Below the pieces are notes generated by a model, which ran no database searches, had not been told where the DNA came from, and worked only from the letters and a program-made list of their open reading frames with translations. A DNA stretch of 64,000 nt from Bacteroidales bacterium (lineage in GTDB: Bacteria > Bacteroidota > Bacteroidia > Bacteroidales > F082): positions 84,516 to 148,515 of the forward strand of contig JAEFAE010000003.1 in the NCBI GenBank assembly GCA_016291135.1, in the 5' to 3' direction. The position numbers and the translations under genes are program-made. Below, piece by piece: positions 1-8,242 of the stretch (the stretch's first letter is position 1; every line of letters begins with the position of its first letter).

Positions 1-156
1 GGCGAGTTCGTCTACCAGCTCCGGCAGATCCACCGAAGCGCAGCCTTCTTTCGGGGTCACGGTCATGTGGCCTTTCTCATTGATTGAAAAATAGTTACCA
101 CCCCAACCTTTCACGTTGTAAAGGTCTTCGGAGTCTTCAATGCGCCATTTTCTCAT
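1..156 (-). CDS. speA: Biosynthetic arginine decarboxylase, first 52 codons only (gene runs off the left edge)
   Basis: The reverse complement of 1-156 reads MRKWRIEDSEDLYNVKGWGGNYFSINEKGHMTVTPKEGCASVDLPELVDELA with no stop before the window edge. This matches my memory of the N-terminus of Bacteroidales SpeA. It is absent from the ORF track because it is open-ended. Confidence 0.6.
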   Translation of the reverse strand, partial: MRKWRIEDSEDLYNVKGWGGNYFSINEKGHMTVTPKEGCASVDLPELVDELA

Positions 157-253
157 GCTTTTTGTTTTTTGTTGTTAAAAAAATGTGCTGCAAAGATAGT
201 TTTATTTTGAAAAAAAGTGGTCTGGTTCTTGTAATTGTATGTTTTTTTTTACT

Positions 254-261
254 TAATTTTG
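254..261 (+). promoter_or_regulatory. Candidate Bacteroidota sigma-A -7 box (TAATTTTG) upstream of clpV
   Basis: Exact match to the TAnnTTTG consensus, 35 nt upstream of the clpV ATG in an AT-rich intergenic region. No clean -33 TTTG at the expected spacing. Confidence 0.3.
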
Positions 262-295
262 TCAGTTAAAGACATCAATCGAACAAAAAAACGTT

Positions 296-2791
296 ATGAG
301 TAGAAAAACCATTCTTGCCTCTTATGAGGAACTCTTGAAGAAAGCGATGAGCTATGCGGTAGACAACGCCAACGATGCGGTCTATCCCTGCCATCTCTTC
401 AAAGCGTTGTTGCACAAGGACATGGGCATGGTCTCTTTCCTTGAGGACAACCTCGACAAAGACTACTATTACCTCGTGGAATGGGCCGATGTGGAGATTT
501 CGATGACTCCCAAGTCGTCCCGTCCCAACAGTGACCTCAACCTCTCAGACGAGTCCATCGCCGTCTTCGACATGGCGGACGACTACCGCGCCAAGTTCGG
601 TTTGGAGGAGCCCGACAACTATTGCCTGCTGGCCGCCCTGGTCACGCCGGGTGTGGGCTTCAACTTCAACCAGATGAAGAACCTGCCGCTGAACGTCAAC
701 GAGGTGATCGATGCCATGGGCAAACCCACCCTCGCTGAGGGCGCCGCTGCCCAACCGGCCGTGCAACTCTCACAGAACGCCAAGAAGGTGCTTGCCAAGT
801 ATTGCATCAACAAGGTAGAGCAGGTCGCCTCGGGCCAGACCACCCCGGTCATCGGCTTTGAGCGTGAGATCGCCGTATTCTTTGAGGTGCTGGGCCGCAA
901 GACCAAGTCGAACCTGCTTATTACCGGTGAATCGGGTGTGGGCAAGACCTCGTTGGTCAATGGCTTCGTGAACCGACTGCTTTATGGTGCGGTGCCGGCC
1001 TTCTTGCAAGGTGCTCCCGTCTATGAGTTGGATTTGGCTGCCTTGGCCTCCGGTGCCGTCAACAACATGGAGACGGAAGACCGTTTCAAGAGCGTCCTCG
1101 GCGAACTCCGTGCTTTTGGCAACGCCGTCCTCGTCATCGAAGGACTCGATAAGATGATGGACAAGATGGGTGCCTTGCACGGCTGTGGCGACATCCTCAA
1201 GCAGGAACTCAACAGGGGAGACATCCTTCTCGTGTGCACTTCCACCATCGACGGCTTCACCAAGAACATCGAGACCGACAAGGAGATGGTGCGCAAGTTC
1301 GAGAAGATCAGTATCGACGAGCCCGACATGGACACCTGCTTCCGTATTGTGAAGGGGGCGGTGACCACTTACGAGAAATACCATGGCATGGAGATGGACG
1401 ACAACGTGATCACCGAAGCCATCCGGCTCTCCAAACGCTATATGACGGAGAAGGCCATGCCCGATTCGGTGTTCGACCTCATCGACCGTACCATGGCGCT
1501 CATCAAGACCATGAACGATGTGTCGGAGAAGGACCTGGCCTCGGTGGAAGAAAAGGTCAACCAACTCAAGGCGAATCCCGAGGGCCTCGACGACAAACGC
1601 CTCATGGTGGAGCAGAACTGGCTGCACTACGAGCTGTTCAACAAGATCAACGTGCTGCTTGTCGCCCAACTCGACGACGACACCGACTTCCTGAAGATCC
1701 CCACCAAGGAACAGCGCTTTGAATACCTCGACATGGTCATCGCCAAGCTGAAACCCTTGGCTGCCCAGAAACGCACCCAGGTGCTCGACACCGACTTGCT
1801 GGCCGTTGTCGCCAAGCAGACCGGCATCCCGATGGGTAAGGTCCAGTCGAAAGAGCGTGAGAAGCTGGTCAACGCCGAAGAGATCCTCAAACGCAGGGTC
1901 GTGGGTCAGGACCATGCCATCAAAATTATCCTCGACTCCATCTACGAGTCGCGTTCAGGCCTCAACAAGAAGGGTCAGCCCATGGGCTCCTTCTTCTTCC
2001 TCGGACCCACCGGTACCGGTAAGACCGAGCTCTCCAAGGCCTTGGCCGAGTTCCTTTTCCAGGAGGAATCCTCGTTGATCCGTTTCGACATGTCCGAGTT
2101 CAAGGAAGAGCACTCCGTGGCCTTGCTCTACGGAGCGCCTCCAGGATACGTCGGCTATGAAGAAGGCGGTCTGCTGGTCAACAAGATCCGTCAGAAGCCC
2201 TATTCGGTGGTGCTGTTCGACGAAATCGAGAAGGCCCACAAGTCGGTGTTCGACCTGTTCCTCCAGATCCTCGACGAAGGCAAGCTCCACGACCGTCTGG
2301 GCCGCGTGGGCGACTTCTCGAATGCCTTGATCCTGTTCACCTCCAACATCGGCAGCAAGTTCATCGTGGATTCCTTCGAAAAAGGGGTCATCCCGAAGAA
2401 CAGCGACCTGATGACCATCATGCAGGACTACTTCCGTCCCGAGTTCCTGGGCCGTCTCACCGAGATCGTACCCTTCTCGCCGATTACGCCCGCCACGGTC
2501 ACGCGCATCTTCAGCATCCACCTGAAGGGACTGGTCAAGCTGCTCACCGAACAGAACATCAACTTCAAGATCGACGACGAGACCAAGCAGGCCATCGCCA
2601 TGATGGACTTCAGCCCGCAGTTCGGCGCCCGTCCCATCATCGGCACCATCCGCAAGGAGTTGCGCCGTCCGCTCTCCAAGATGATCATCTCCGGCAAGCT
2701 CAAATCAGGCGACACCGTGGAGGTCAAGATGGAGGAGGGGAAGGTGGCCTTCTATGTCAATGGCGTCAAAACCGAGTATGCGTTGAATTGA
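296..2791 (+). CDS. tssH: T6SS AAA+ ATPase ClpV (TssH)
   Basis: 831-aa ORF with two AAA+ modules: Walker A GESGVGKTS and GPTGTGKTE, Walker B-like LVIEGLD and VVLFDEIEKA. It has a Clp-type N-domain and a ClpB/ClpV-like C-terminal small domain. It sits directly upstream of tssB-tssC-hcp. Confidence 0.85.
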   Translation: MSRKTILASYEELLKKAMSYAVDNANDAVYPCHLFKALLHKDMGMVSFLEDNLDKDYYYLVEWADVEISMTPKSSRPNSDLNLSDESIAVFDMADDYRAKFGLEEPDNYCLLAALVTPGVGFNFNQMKNLPLNVNEVIDAMGKPTLAEGAAAQPAVQLSQNAKKVLAKYCINKVEQVASGQTTPVIGFEREIAVFFEVLGRKTKSNLLITGESGVGKTSLVNGFVNRLLYGAVPAFLQGAPVYELDLAALASGAVNNMETEDRFKSVLGELRAFGNAVLVIEGLDKMMDKMGALHGCGDILKQELNRGDILLVCTSTIDGFTKNIETDKEMVRKFEKISIDEPDMDTCFRIVKGAVTTYEKYHGMEMDDNVITEAIRLSKRYMTEKAMPDSVFDLIDRTMALIKTMNDVSEKDLASVEEKVNQLKANPEGLDDKRLMVEQNWLHYELFNKINVLLVAQLDDDTDFLKIPTKEQRFEYLDMVIAKLKPLAAQKRTQVLDTDLLAVVAKQTGIPMGKVQSKEREKLVNAEEILKRRVVGQDHAIKIILDSIYESRSGLNKKGQPMGSFFFLGPTGTGKTELSKALAEFLFQEESSLIRFDMSEFKEEHSVALLYGAPPGYVGYEEGGLLVNKIRQKPYSVVLFDEIEKAHKSVFDLFLQILDEGKLHDRLGRVGDFSNALILFTSNIGSKFIVDSFEKGVIPKNSDLMTIMQDYFRPEFLGRLTEIVPFSPITPATVTRIFSIHLKGLVKLLTEQNINFKIDDETKQAIAMMDFSPQFGARPIIGTIRKELRRPLSKMIISGKLKSGDTVEVKMEEGKVAFYVNGVKTEYALN

Positions 2792-2792
2792 C

Positions 2793-2856
2793 CACCCCAA
2801 ACCCCGTAGGGGTGCCCTGTCGGTAACCACGGGGTTGAAAACCCCTGGAACAAAAA
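2793..2856. repeat. REP-like nested-hairpin intergenic element, copy A
   Basis: Sequence is CCACCCCAAACCCCGTAGGGGTGCCCTGTCGGTAACCACGGGGTTGAAAACCCCTGGAACAAAA. It contains the hairpin AACCCC-GTA-GGGGT and the outer pairing CCCCGT...ACGGGG. It is closely related to copies at 62644-62717 and 62742-62815 and to an inverted diverged copy at 42213-42283. Confidence 0.8.
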
Positions 2857-2899
2857 AGTAAAACACATAACATATCACTATATCTAAAATCAAAAAAGT

Positions 2900-3361
2900 A
2901 TGGAAGAGAAAAATTTCATTTCAAAAGCCACTGATGAAGAATCAGGGAGTCAGGTAAGTGCCCTTGACACCAACAAAACCCTGTTCATCGACCAGTACAC
3001 CTCCGACGCCCAGGGCGAAGATCCCGAGCTGTTCGAGGACGCCAAGACCATCGGCGACGTGTTTGACCACTTCAAGCCCAATGTAGAGGTCCAGTTCTCC
3101 GGTGAAGACGGCGGTATCATTTCTGAGACGCTGCACTTCAACGAGATCCGTGACTTTGAGGCCGACGGCGGCAAGGGCAACCTGGTTGCCAACAGCGAGT
3201 TCCTTTCCGGCCAGAAGGCCCAGATGGACAGCTACGCCAAGGTGAGAAAGCAAATCGAGCAGAACAAGAAACTCCGCGACATCCTGAAAGACCCCAAGAG
3301 CAAGGAAGAACTCAAGGATTATCTGGAGTACCTGTTGAACGAACTGAAAGACAATGAGTAA
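2900..3361 (+). CDS. tssB: T6SS small sheath subunit TssB (VipA-like)
   Basis: 153-aa ORF immediately upstream of the large sheath gene. Size and position fit TssB. The segment LHFNEIRDFEADG resembles the F-x-x-x-DF region of VipA. The assignment rests mostly on synteny. Confidence 0.7.
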   Translation: MEEKNFISKATDEESGSQVSALDTNKTLFIDQYTSDAQGEDPELFEDAKTIGDVFDHFKPNVEVQFSGEDGGIISETLHFNEIRDFEADGGKGNLVANSEFLSGQKAQMDSYAKVRKQIEQNKKLRDILKDPKSKEELKDYLEYLLNELKDNE

Positions 3362-3426
3362 GAAGACGGAAGACAGAGGTCAGAAGTCAGCATTCAGAAG
3401 TAAAAATAGTAATATAAAATAGTATT

Positions 3427-4797
3427 ATGGCAGATCCTCAATTACAGAAAGCTACCGAAGTAAAGGTAGAACAGCAAGGACAACAACAGTCCAAGAAAGA
3501 AGTAACCGAACTGTTGCAGCAGTTTGGCGGGTTCTCCGCCATCAAGGGCATTATCCCCACTGCGGAGGACATGAACCCCACGAAGAAGGCCATCAAGGAT
3601 TCCTTCCTGAAAGACAGCCGCAAGGCTGCCAAGCGCAAGGCCTTGGCGACCGAACTGGAAGCCTGGCTCGCCATCCTCGGTGAACAGAAGACCTCCGCTA
3701 CCGACCTCGTCGATAGCTGCAAGGCCCAGGAAGAGAAACACCTCAAGGTGTTGACCCAGGGCATCACCGACGCCCTCGATGCCTCCAAGAACCTCGAGCG
3801 TTCCTACCGCGCCCTTGACATGTTCTTCAAGAACGCGGGTGCCGAGAAGGTCGATAAGCTTAAGGTTGTCAATGTGGCCAAAGACGCCATCACCGACAGC
3901 GATTCGAGCTTCGCCTCCCAAGTCGACGACCTGCTCAAGCATGCCTTCGACCGTCTGAGCTTGAAAGACAGCTACAGCTTCATCGTCATTCCCGGCGGTG
4001 TGTTCAAAGACCGCGTGGAACTGCTTCGTTGGGCCAAGATGGCGCACAAGTACAGAACGATCCTCGTCACCGACACCGCATTGGAAGACGAGAACTCCCT
4101 CGAAGACCTCCAGGATGTGACCAAGGGCTTTGTCGATAGCGACGCCGCCCTGCAGAACGTGGTCATGGCCTGCAACTGGCTGGTCGGTCGCCAGAGCGAG
4201 AAGCTCAGCTACGACGAGCAGTATGAAGATGCCTTCTACATTTCACCTGCTGGCGCGCTCGCCGGTATGATGTACGACGAGTCAAGCCCCATCTCACAAG
4301 GCCGTGCCGGTAAGAAATACGGCACCGTGTCGGATGTGAAGGGTGTGAAGCTCGACCTCCTCAAGTCAGAGATCGCTTCTCTGATGGACAACCATGTCGT
4401 GCCGATGGTCTTCTCCGAAGGCCGTGTCATGGCATTCAACAACAACACCTTGTACAATGGCGACCTCGACGCCATGATGGAATATCCCATCGTGCGTGTG
4501 TTCGACTGGGTCAAGAAGGTGTTGATGAACTATGTGCACGAGATTGCCCTCGAAAACTGGGATCCCTACACCTCACCCAAGAAACTGAAAGACAAGATCC
4601 AAGACTTCTTGAACCACTATCAGGGCTACCAGAACTTCTTCTCGAAGTACAAACTGGGCGATCCCAAACAGGATCCTAAGACCAAGATCGTGTCGGTCGA
4701 CATTTCCATCACTCCGTTCTTTGCCGCCAAGAACTTCGTCATCAAGCTCGAGGCCGACAATAAGGACTACATGGGTGCCGAAACCACCGCCGAATAA
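3427..4797 (+). CDS. tssC: T6SS large sheath subunit TssC (VipB-like)
   Basis: 456-aa ORF between tssB and hcp. Its size is typical of Bacteroidota TssC, and strong third-position GC codon bias supports coding. Confidence 0.75.
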   Translation: MADPQLQKATEVKVEQQGQQQSKKEVTELLQQFGGFSAIKGIIPTAEDMNPTKKAIKDSFLKDSRKAAKRKALATELEAWLAILGEQKTSATDLVDSCKAQEEKHLKVLTQGITDALDASKNLERSYRALDMFFKNAGAEKVDKLKVVNVAKDAITDSDSSFASQVDDLLKHAFDRLSLKDSYSFIVIPGGVFKDRVELLRWAKMAHKYRTILVTDTALEDENSLEDLQDVTKGFVDSDAALQNVVMACNWLVGRQSEKLSYDEQYEDAFYISPAGALAGMMYDESSPISQGRAGKKYGTVSDVKGVKLDLLKSEIASLMDNHVVPMVFSEGRVMAFNNNTLYNGDLDAMMEYPIVRVFDWVKKVLMNYVHEIALENWDPYTSPKKLKDKIQDFLNHYQGYQNFFSKYKLGDPKQDPKTKIVSVDISITPFFAAKNFVIKLEADNKDYMGAETTAE

Positions 4798-4856
4798 GGT
4801 CGTTAACAACAACAAATCAAATCAACACAGTATTCACCTTTAAATAATTAATTAAA

Positions 4857-5249
4857 ATGGCTAAAACACCTGTAACACTGAAAGTGGACGGCCTCACCGA
4901 ACGCGAGGTCATGATGGTAACCTATTCGTTTAACCAAGCTGTCGATACCGAAGGACAGATGTCCGGTATCCCGAGAGGTGGTTTGATCACCCTCCGTGTG
5001 AAGGCGCTGAACGACGGCAATCCGGACCTGTTGGACTGGATGATCGCCCCGAACCTCGCCAAGAACGGTGCCGTGGAATTCAACGAAACCAAATCAGGCA
5101 ACCTGATGAAGAAGATTGAGTTCACCGACGGTTACTGCATCAACTTCGTGGAGATGTGGGAAGACAAGATGGGCCACTACGAGGAGATCGTGCTCTCCTG
5201 CCGCGAGATCAAGAACGGCTCGGTGACCTACACCAACGATTGGGCTTAA
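4857..5249 (+). CDS. tssD: T6SS tube protein Hcp (TssD)
   Basis: 130-aa ORF. It shows the Bacteroidota TssD pattern (VMMVTYSFNQAVDTEGQMSGIPRGGLITLRVKA ... IEFTDGYCINFVEMW). It follows tssC and is followed by a strong hairpin. Confidence 0.8.
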   Translation: MAKTPVTLKVDGLTEREVMMVTYSFNQAVDTEGQMSGIPRGGLITLRVKALNDGNPDLLDWMIAPNLAKNGAVEFNETKSGNLMKKIEFTDGYCINFVEMWEDKMGHYEEIVLSCREIKNGSVTYTNDWA

Positions 5250-5258
5250 TGCTCTTAT

Positions 5259-5299
5259 CTGGTACAGCGGGAATCGATTCCCGCTGTACCAGCTTTTTG
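5259..5299 (+). terminator. Rho-independent terminator or attenuator after hcp
   Basis: Perfect 17-bp inverted repeat CTGGTACAGCGGGAATC / GATTCCCGCTGTACCAG (5259-5292) followed by CTTTTTGG. Confidence 0.65.
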
Positions 5300-5328
5300 G
5301 TTCTTTTCAATCACAAAACTACAGTATT

Positions 5329-5817
5329 ATGGCATACAAAGGATTTCTGAAAATAGCCATGGGGCAAGGAACAAGGGCTTTTACCTTGGTTGAATGTGAA
5401 TATCAGTTCCACCGGGAAGTGAATGAAAATGGCACTCCAAAGGGTGGCGTGACTGGTGGTAGAATCATTGCTACTGTCGTAACTCCCCAAAAGAATTTGT
5501 TTATGTATAAGTGGTTGTTTGAAGAGAAGTTGGAAAACGGTTTTGTTGAAATCAATAATTCGCAAAACGAACCTCATTATATCATGTTTGAGCGAGCCCG
5601 TTGTGTAGATATCTATGAATATTTTAACGGTCATAGCAAAGACATGATGATCAGTAGGTTGACCATACAATGTCCGGAGATGGGTTTCTATGGATTTAAT
5701 GAAGATAGTTTTGCATACGATTTCCGCCTCCAGTTCTCAAGAACTATCAATCCAAATTCTTATGCTGGTGCAATTTCACGTGAAGACTATATGTTGGAAG
5801 CAGTCCAAACCATGTAA
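5329..5817 (+). CDS. Second Hcp-family protein with a C-terminal extension
   Basis: 162-aa ORF that aligns by eye to Hcp1. TLVECEYQFHREVNENGTPKGGVTGGRIIATV matches VMMVTYSFNQAVDTEGQMSGIPRGGLITLRV, and IMFERARCVDIYEYF matches IEFTDGYCINFVEMW. About 35 extra residues at the C-terminus. Visibly AT-richer than hcp1. Confidence 0.65.
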   Translation: MAYKGFLKIAMGQGTRAFTLVECEYQFHREVNENGTPKGGVTGGRIIATVVTPQKNLFMYKWLFEEKLENGFVEINNSQNEPHYIMFERARCVDIYEYFNGHSKDMMISRLTIQCPEMGFYGFNEDSFAYDFRLQFSRTINPNSYAGAISREDYMLEAVQTM

Positions 5818-5844
5818 GTAGTATCACTTTAACGATTTAATACT

Positions 5845-8229
5845 ATGGCAATACAATTAAAAGAAGCTCCGAATATCAAAATCACATTAAGAAATGGAGA
5901 CTTGTTCTCGGATGTCGCTCCTAACTATTACTTTGATAGTTTTAATTTACAGAAAAAACTACTGGAGCCCAACTGTTTTACCTTTGAGGTGTGTAGGGAA
6001 GACTTGGTTCTTGAGGCTGCGGATTTCAAATTCAATTTGAGGGACGAGCTCCTGGGTGCCAAAGTGGAATGCTCCTTGATTGCCAAACGGTATGACGATG
6101 AACAAGAGGAGGATGTGGAGGATGTAGTTGAGAATTTCTTCTATGGTTATATCCAAAACATCAAGGTCCTTCGGAAAGGAGTGCGGACGCCTGTTACCTT
6201 TAAATGTACTGCCTATAGTCCCGATTCGCGACTCAAGCAGTTCCCAACCTGCTCGTCACGATACGACGTGCCATTGGCGAAATATGTCGCCGACATCATT
6301 TACGGACCCGCCGAAAACAATTGCAAATTCGATGTGTCCTCAGGTCGTTACGACGACGCAAATCCCATGGAGGCGGAAATCAATCCGAGGCATAACGAAA
6401 ATATGCCCTACACCGTGCAGTATCACGAGAGCGGGTATGACTTCCTGGTGCGGCTTGCCAAACGCTACGGCGAGTTCTTCTATTACGAGGACGGTTGCCT
6501 CCATTTCGGTGAAATGAAGGAATATGAACCCCTCCATCTACGAACGGGGATCGACCTGGATAATTACGCTTATGATATTAATATGAACGACCATGTGGGG
6601 GCATCGATTTGTTCTTATGATTATCTCCGAGGAAATGATCATGGTATGCTTGCGGGAAAATGGGAAGGTGGAGAATGGAAGCAAAGGGTAGAGTCTCCCC
6701 ATGAGATGGCACAATCGGCCTTTGAACGCTCTGTCGAGTATTTCAATGACGATCACTGCATGGTGCAAGAGTGCCGTTCTGCAAGACTCATGAAGGAACC
6801 GACAACAAGGGATGATCATGCTGGCGGAGACGAATGGATTGATGAACAACACTACCTACTTGAGGAATACGTTATGGCCGACTGCTTGATCTGCAACGGT
6901 GTCGCCCGTCGTGCTGTGCTCAAATTGGGCAGCGTGATCGTCATTGAAGACGAAACCCATACTGGACCGGGCGAGAAACCCGATGTGGTTGAGCACGAAC
7001 CCCTAAAGGTGATAGAGGTTCATTATGACTGGAACAGTCATAAGGGAGTGCTTAATCTGGTGAACCGTTTCAAAGCCATCCCACAGAAAACACAGGTGCC
7101 ACCCTATCTGCAACGTGACAAGTATGGCTTCCTCACCTACGGTGATTTTGATATCTTTCCTCGCAGCGGACCTCAGCATGGCCGTGTGGTGGATAACAAC
7201 GATCCTATGGGATTGGGTAGGGTTCGGGTGGTCATGAGCTGGCAATGGCATCAAGAGATACTTAATGACCAAGACAAAGAGCTTATGGAGGTGTCCGTCA
7301 ACAAGACACCTTGGATCCGTGTCTCTCAACCATACGGTGGGTGGAAAAAAGGCTGCTACCTCGTTCCGGAAATCTATGATGAAGTCATCGTGGGCTTTGA
7401 ACACAACAATGCCGAACGTCCTTACGTGTTAGGTCTTGTTCATAACAGCTGGAACGATCAAGTGGTTCCCGAATGGGTAGAACCATCCTCTGTTGAGAAT
7501 AACGAATATAAGGGCATTCGGACCCGCAACGGCCACACCATCGAGATCCGCGACAAAGATGAACATGGCTATATCAAGATCTACGACAACAATACACACA
7601 ACTATGTGGTGACCCTCGACACCGACAGCAAGAAGATCACCCTCGAATCACGAGGCAATATCGAACTTTCCGCGGATAACAATATCGTGCTGAATGCCAA
7701 AAAGAATATTGTCTTCCATGCTGACGAAGACATTATTGGCACTTCAAAAGTTTTTGACTTTAAAATGGAGGAGGGTGCATGGTTTTTTGCAGGTTCACTA
7801 GCAATCAGGACGTTAAAAGAAGGATTTAGTGTCCGCTCGGCTGAAAGAGTTCTTATGTCGGGGTACTTATCTGATCTTGATGATGCGAATTCATGTAAGT
7901 CGGCCTTGGAGTTGTCTGATAATCTTGCTGGTATAGGCTATTGGGATACAGCCAATAAAGAATATTCTAAGGTGGAGCTCAAAAAATCCCATGCGCTACT
8001 AGAAGCTACAACGGGCGATGGAGAAGTAGTACTGCACTCCCAATACAATAAAATTAGGCTTAAAACAGACTTAGAGGATATTGAATTGGGTTCAGGTAAT
8101 AACATCATGATTAACTCAACGTTCGATATGCAACTAAAAGGCATGACCTTGAAAACGAAAGATTTCTTGTCCGTTTCCATTGAAGGTATGACGACTCAAA
8201 TTAAAGGCACACCGTTGAAACTGAATTAA
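5845..8229 (+). CDS. tssI: T6SS spike protein VgrG (TssI), copy 1
   Basis: 794-aa ORF. It has a gp27-like N-terminal region (YTVQYHESGYDFLVRLAKRYGEFFYYEDG) and a gp5 OB-fold motif (GRVVDNNDPMGLGRVRVVMSWQ ... WIRVSQPYGG ... PEIYDEVIVGFEHNNAERPYVLG). It also has beta-helix-like repeats (NIELSADNNIVLNAKKNIVFHADEDI). Confidence 0.85.
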   Translation: MAIQLKEAPNIKITLRNGDLFSDVAPNYYFDSFNLQKKLLEPNCFTFEVCREDLVLEAADFKFNLRDELLGAKVECSLIAKRYDDEQEEDVEDVVENFFYGYIQNIKVLRKGVRTPVTFKCTAYSPDSRLKQFPTCSSRYDVPLAKYVADIIYGPAENNCKFDVSSGRYDDANPMEAEINPRHNENMPYTVQYHESGYDFLVRLAKRYGEFFYYEDGCLHFGEMKEYEPLHLRTGIDLDNYAYDINMNDHVGASICSYDYLRGNDHGMLAGKWEGGEWKQRVESPHEMAQSAFERSVEYFNDDHCMVQECRSARLMKEPTTRDDHAGGDEWIDEQHYLLEEYVMADCLICNGVARRAVLKLGSVIVIEDETHTGPGEKPDVVEHEPLKVIEVHYDWNSHKGVLNLVNRFKAIPQKTQVPPYLQRDKYGFLTYGDFDIFPRSGPQHGRVVDNNDPMGLGRVRVVMSWQWHQEILNDQDKELMEVSVNKTPWIRVSQPYGGWKKGCYLVPEIYDEVIVGFEHNNAERPYVLGLVHNSWNDQVVPEWVEPSSVENNEYKGIRTRNGHTIEIRDKDEHGYIKIYDNNTHNYVVTLDTDSKKITLESRGNIELSADNNIVLNAKKNIVFHADEDIIGTSKVFDFKMEEGAWFFAGSLAIRTLKEGFSVRSAERVLMSGYLSDLDDANSCKSALELSDNLAGIGYWDTANKEYSKVELKKSHALLEATTGDGEVVLHSQYNKIRLKTDLEDIELGSGNNIMINSTFDMQLKGMTLKTKDFLSVSIEGMTTQIKGTPLKLN

Positions 8230-8242
8230 AAAAGGAGAGAAA

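Noticed and set aside
84-269. 61-aa ORF in the speA/clpV intergenic region.
   Set aside because: It lies in an AT-rich promoter-like spacer and overlaps the speA start on the other strand. The hydrophobic, low-complexity translation comes from T-runs. There is no support for coding.
770-1915. Long antisense or overlapping ORFs throughout the window. Examples are 770-1915(-), 11166-12485(-), 14134-15444(-), 18849-19985(-), 20055-21419(-), 26668-28416(-), 44945-46846(+), 47267-48586(-), 59342-60397(-) and 60688-62559(-).
   Set aside because: Each lies opposite or out of frame to a gene with clear family motifs. Their translations are low-complexity, rich in Arg, Gly, His, Val and Leu, as expected when GC-rich third codon positions suppress stops on the other strand. 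They have no motifs, and their starts are not placed after upstream stops.
3359-3405. Purine-rich GAAGAC/GAAGTC-type strings right after three stop codons: 3362-3400, 30083-30116 and 51278-51330.
   Set aside because: The strings share only loose GAAG(A/T)C words. They have no alignable core and no secondary structure, so this is probably compositional chance. It would need a genome-wide motif count to revisit.
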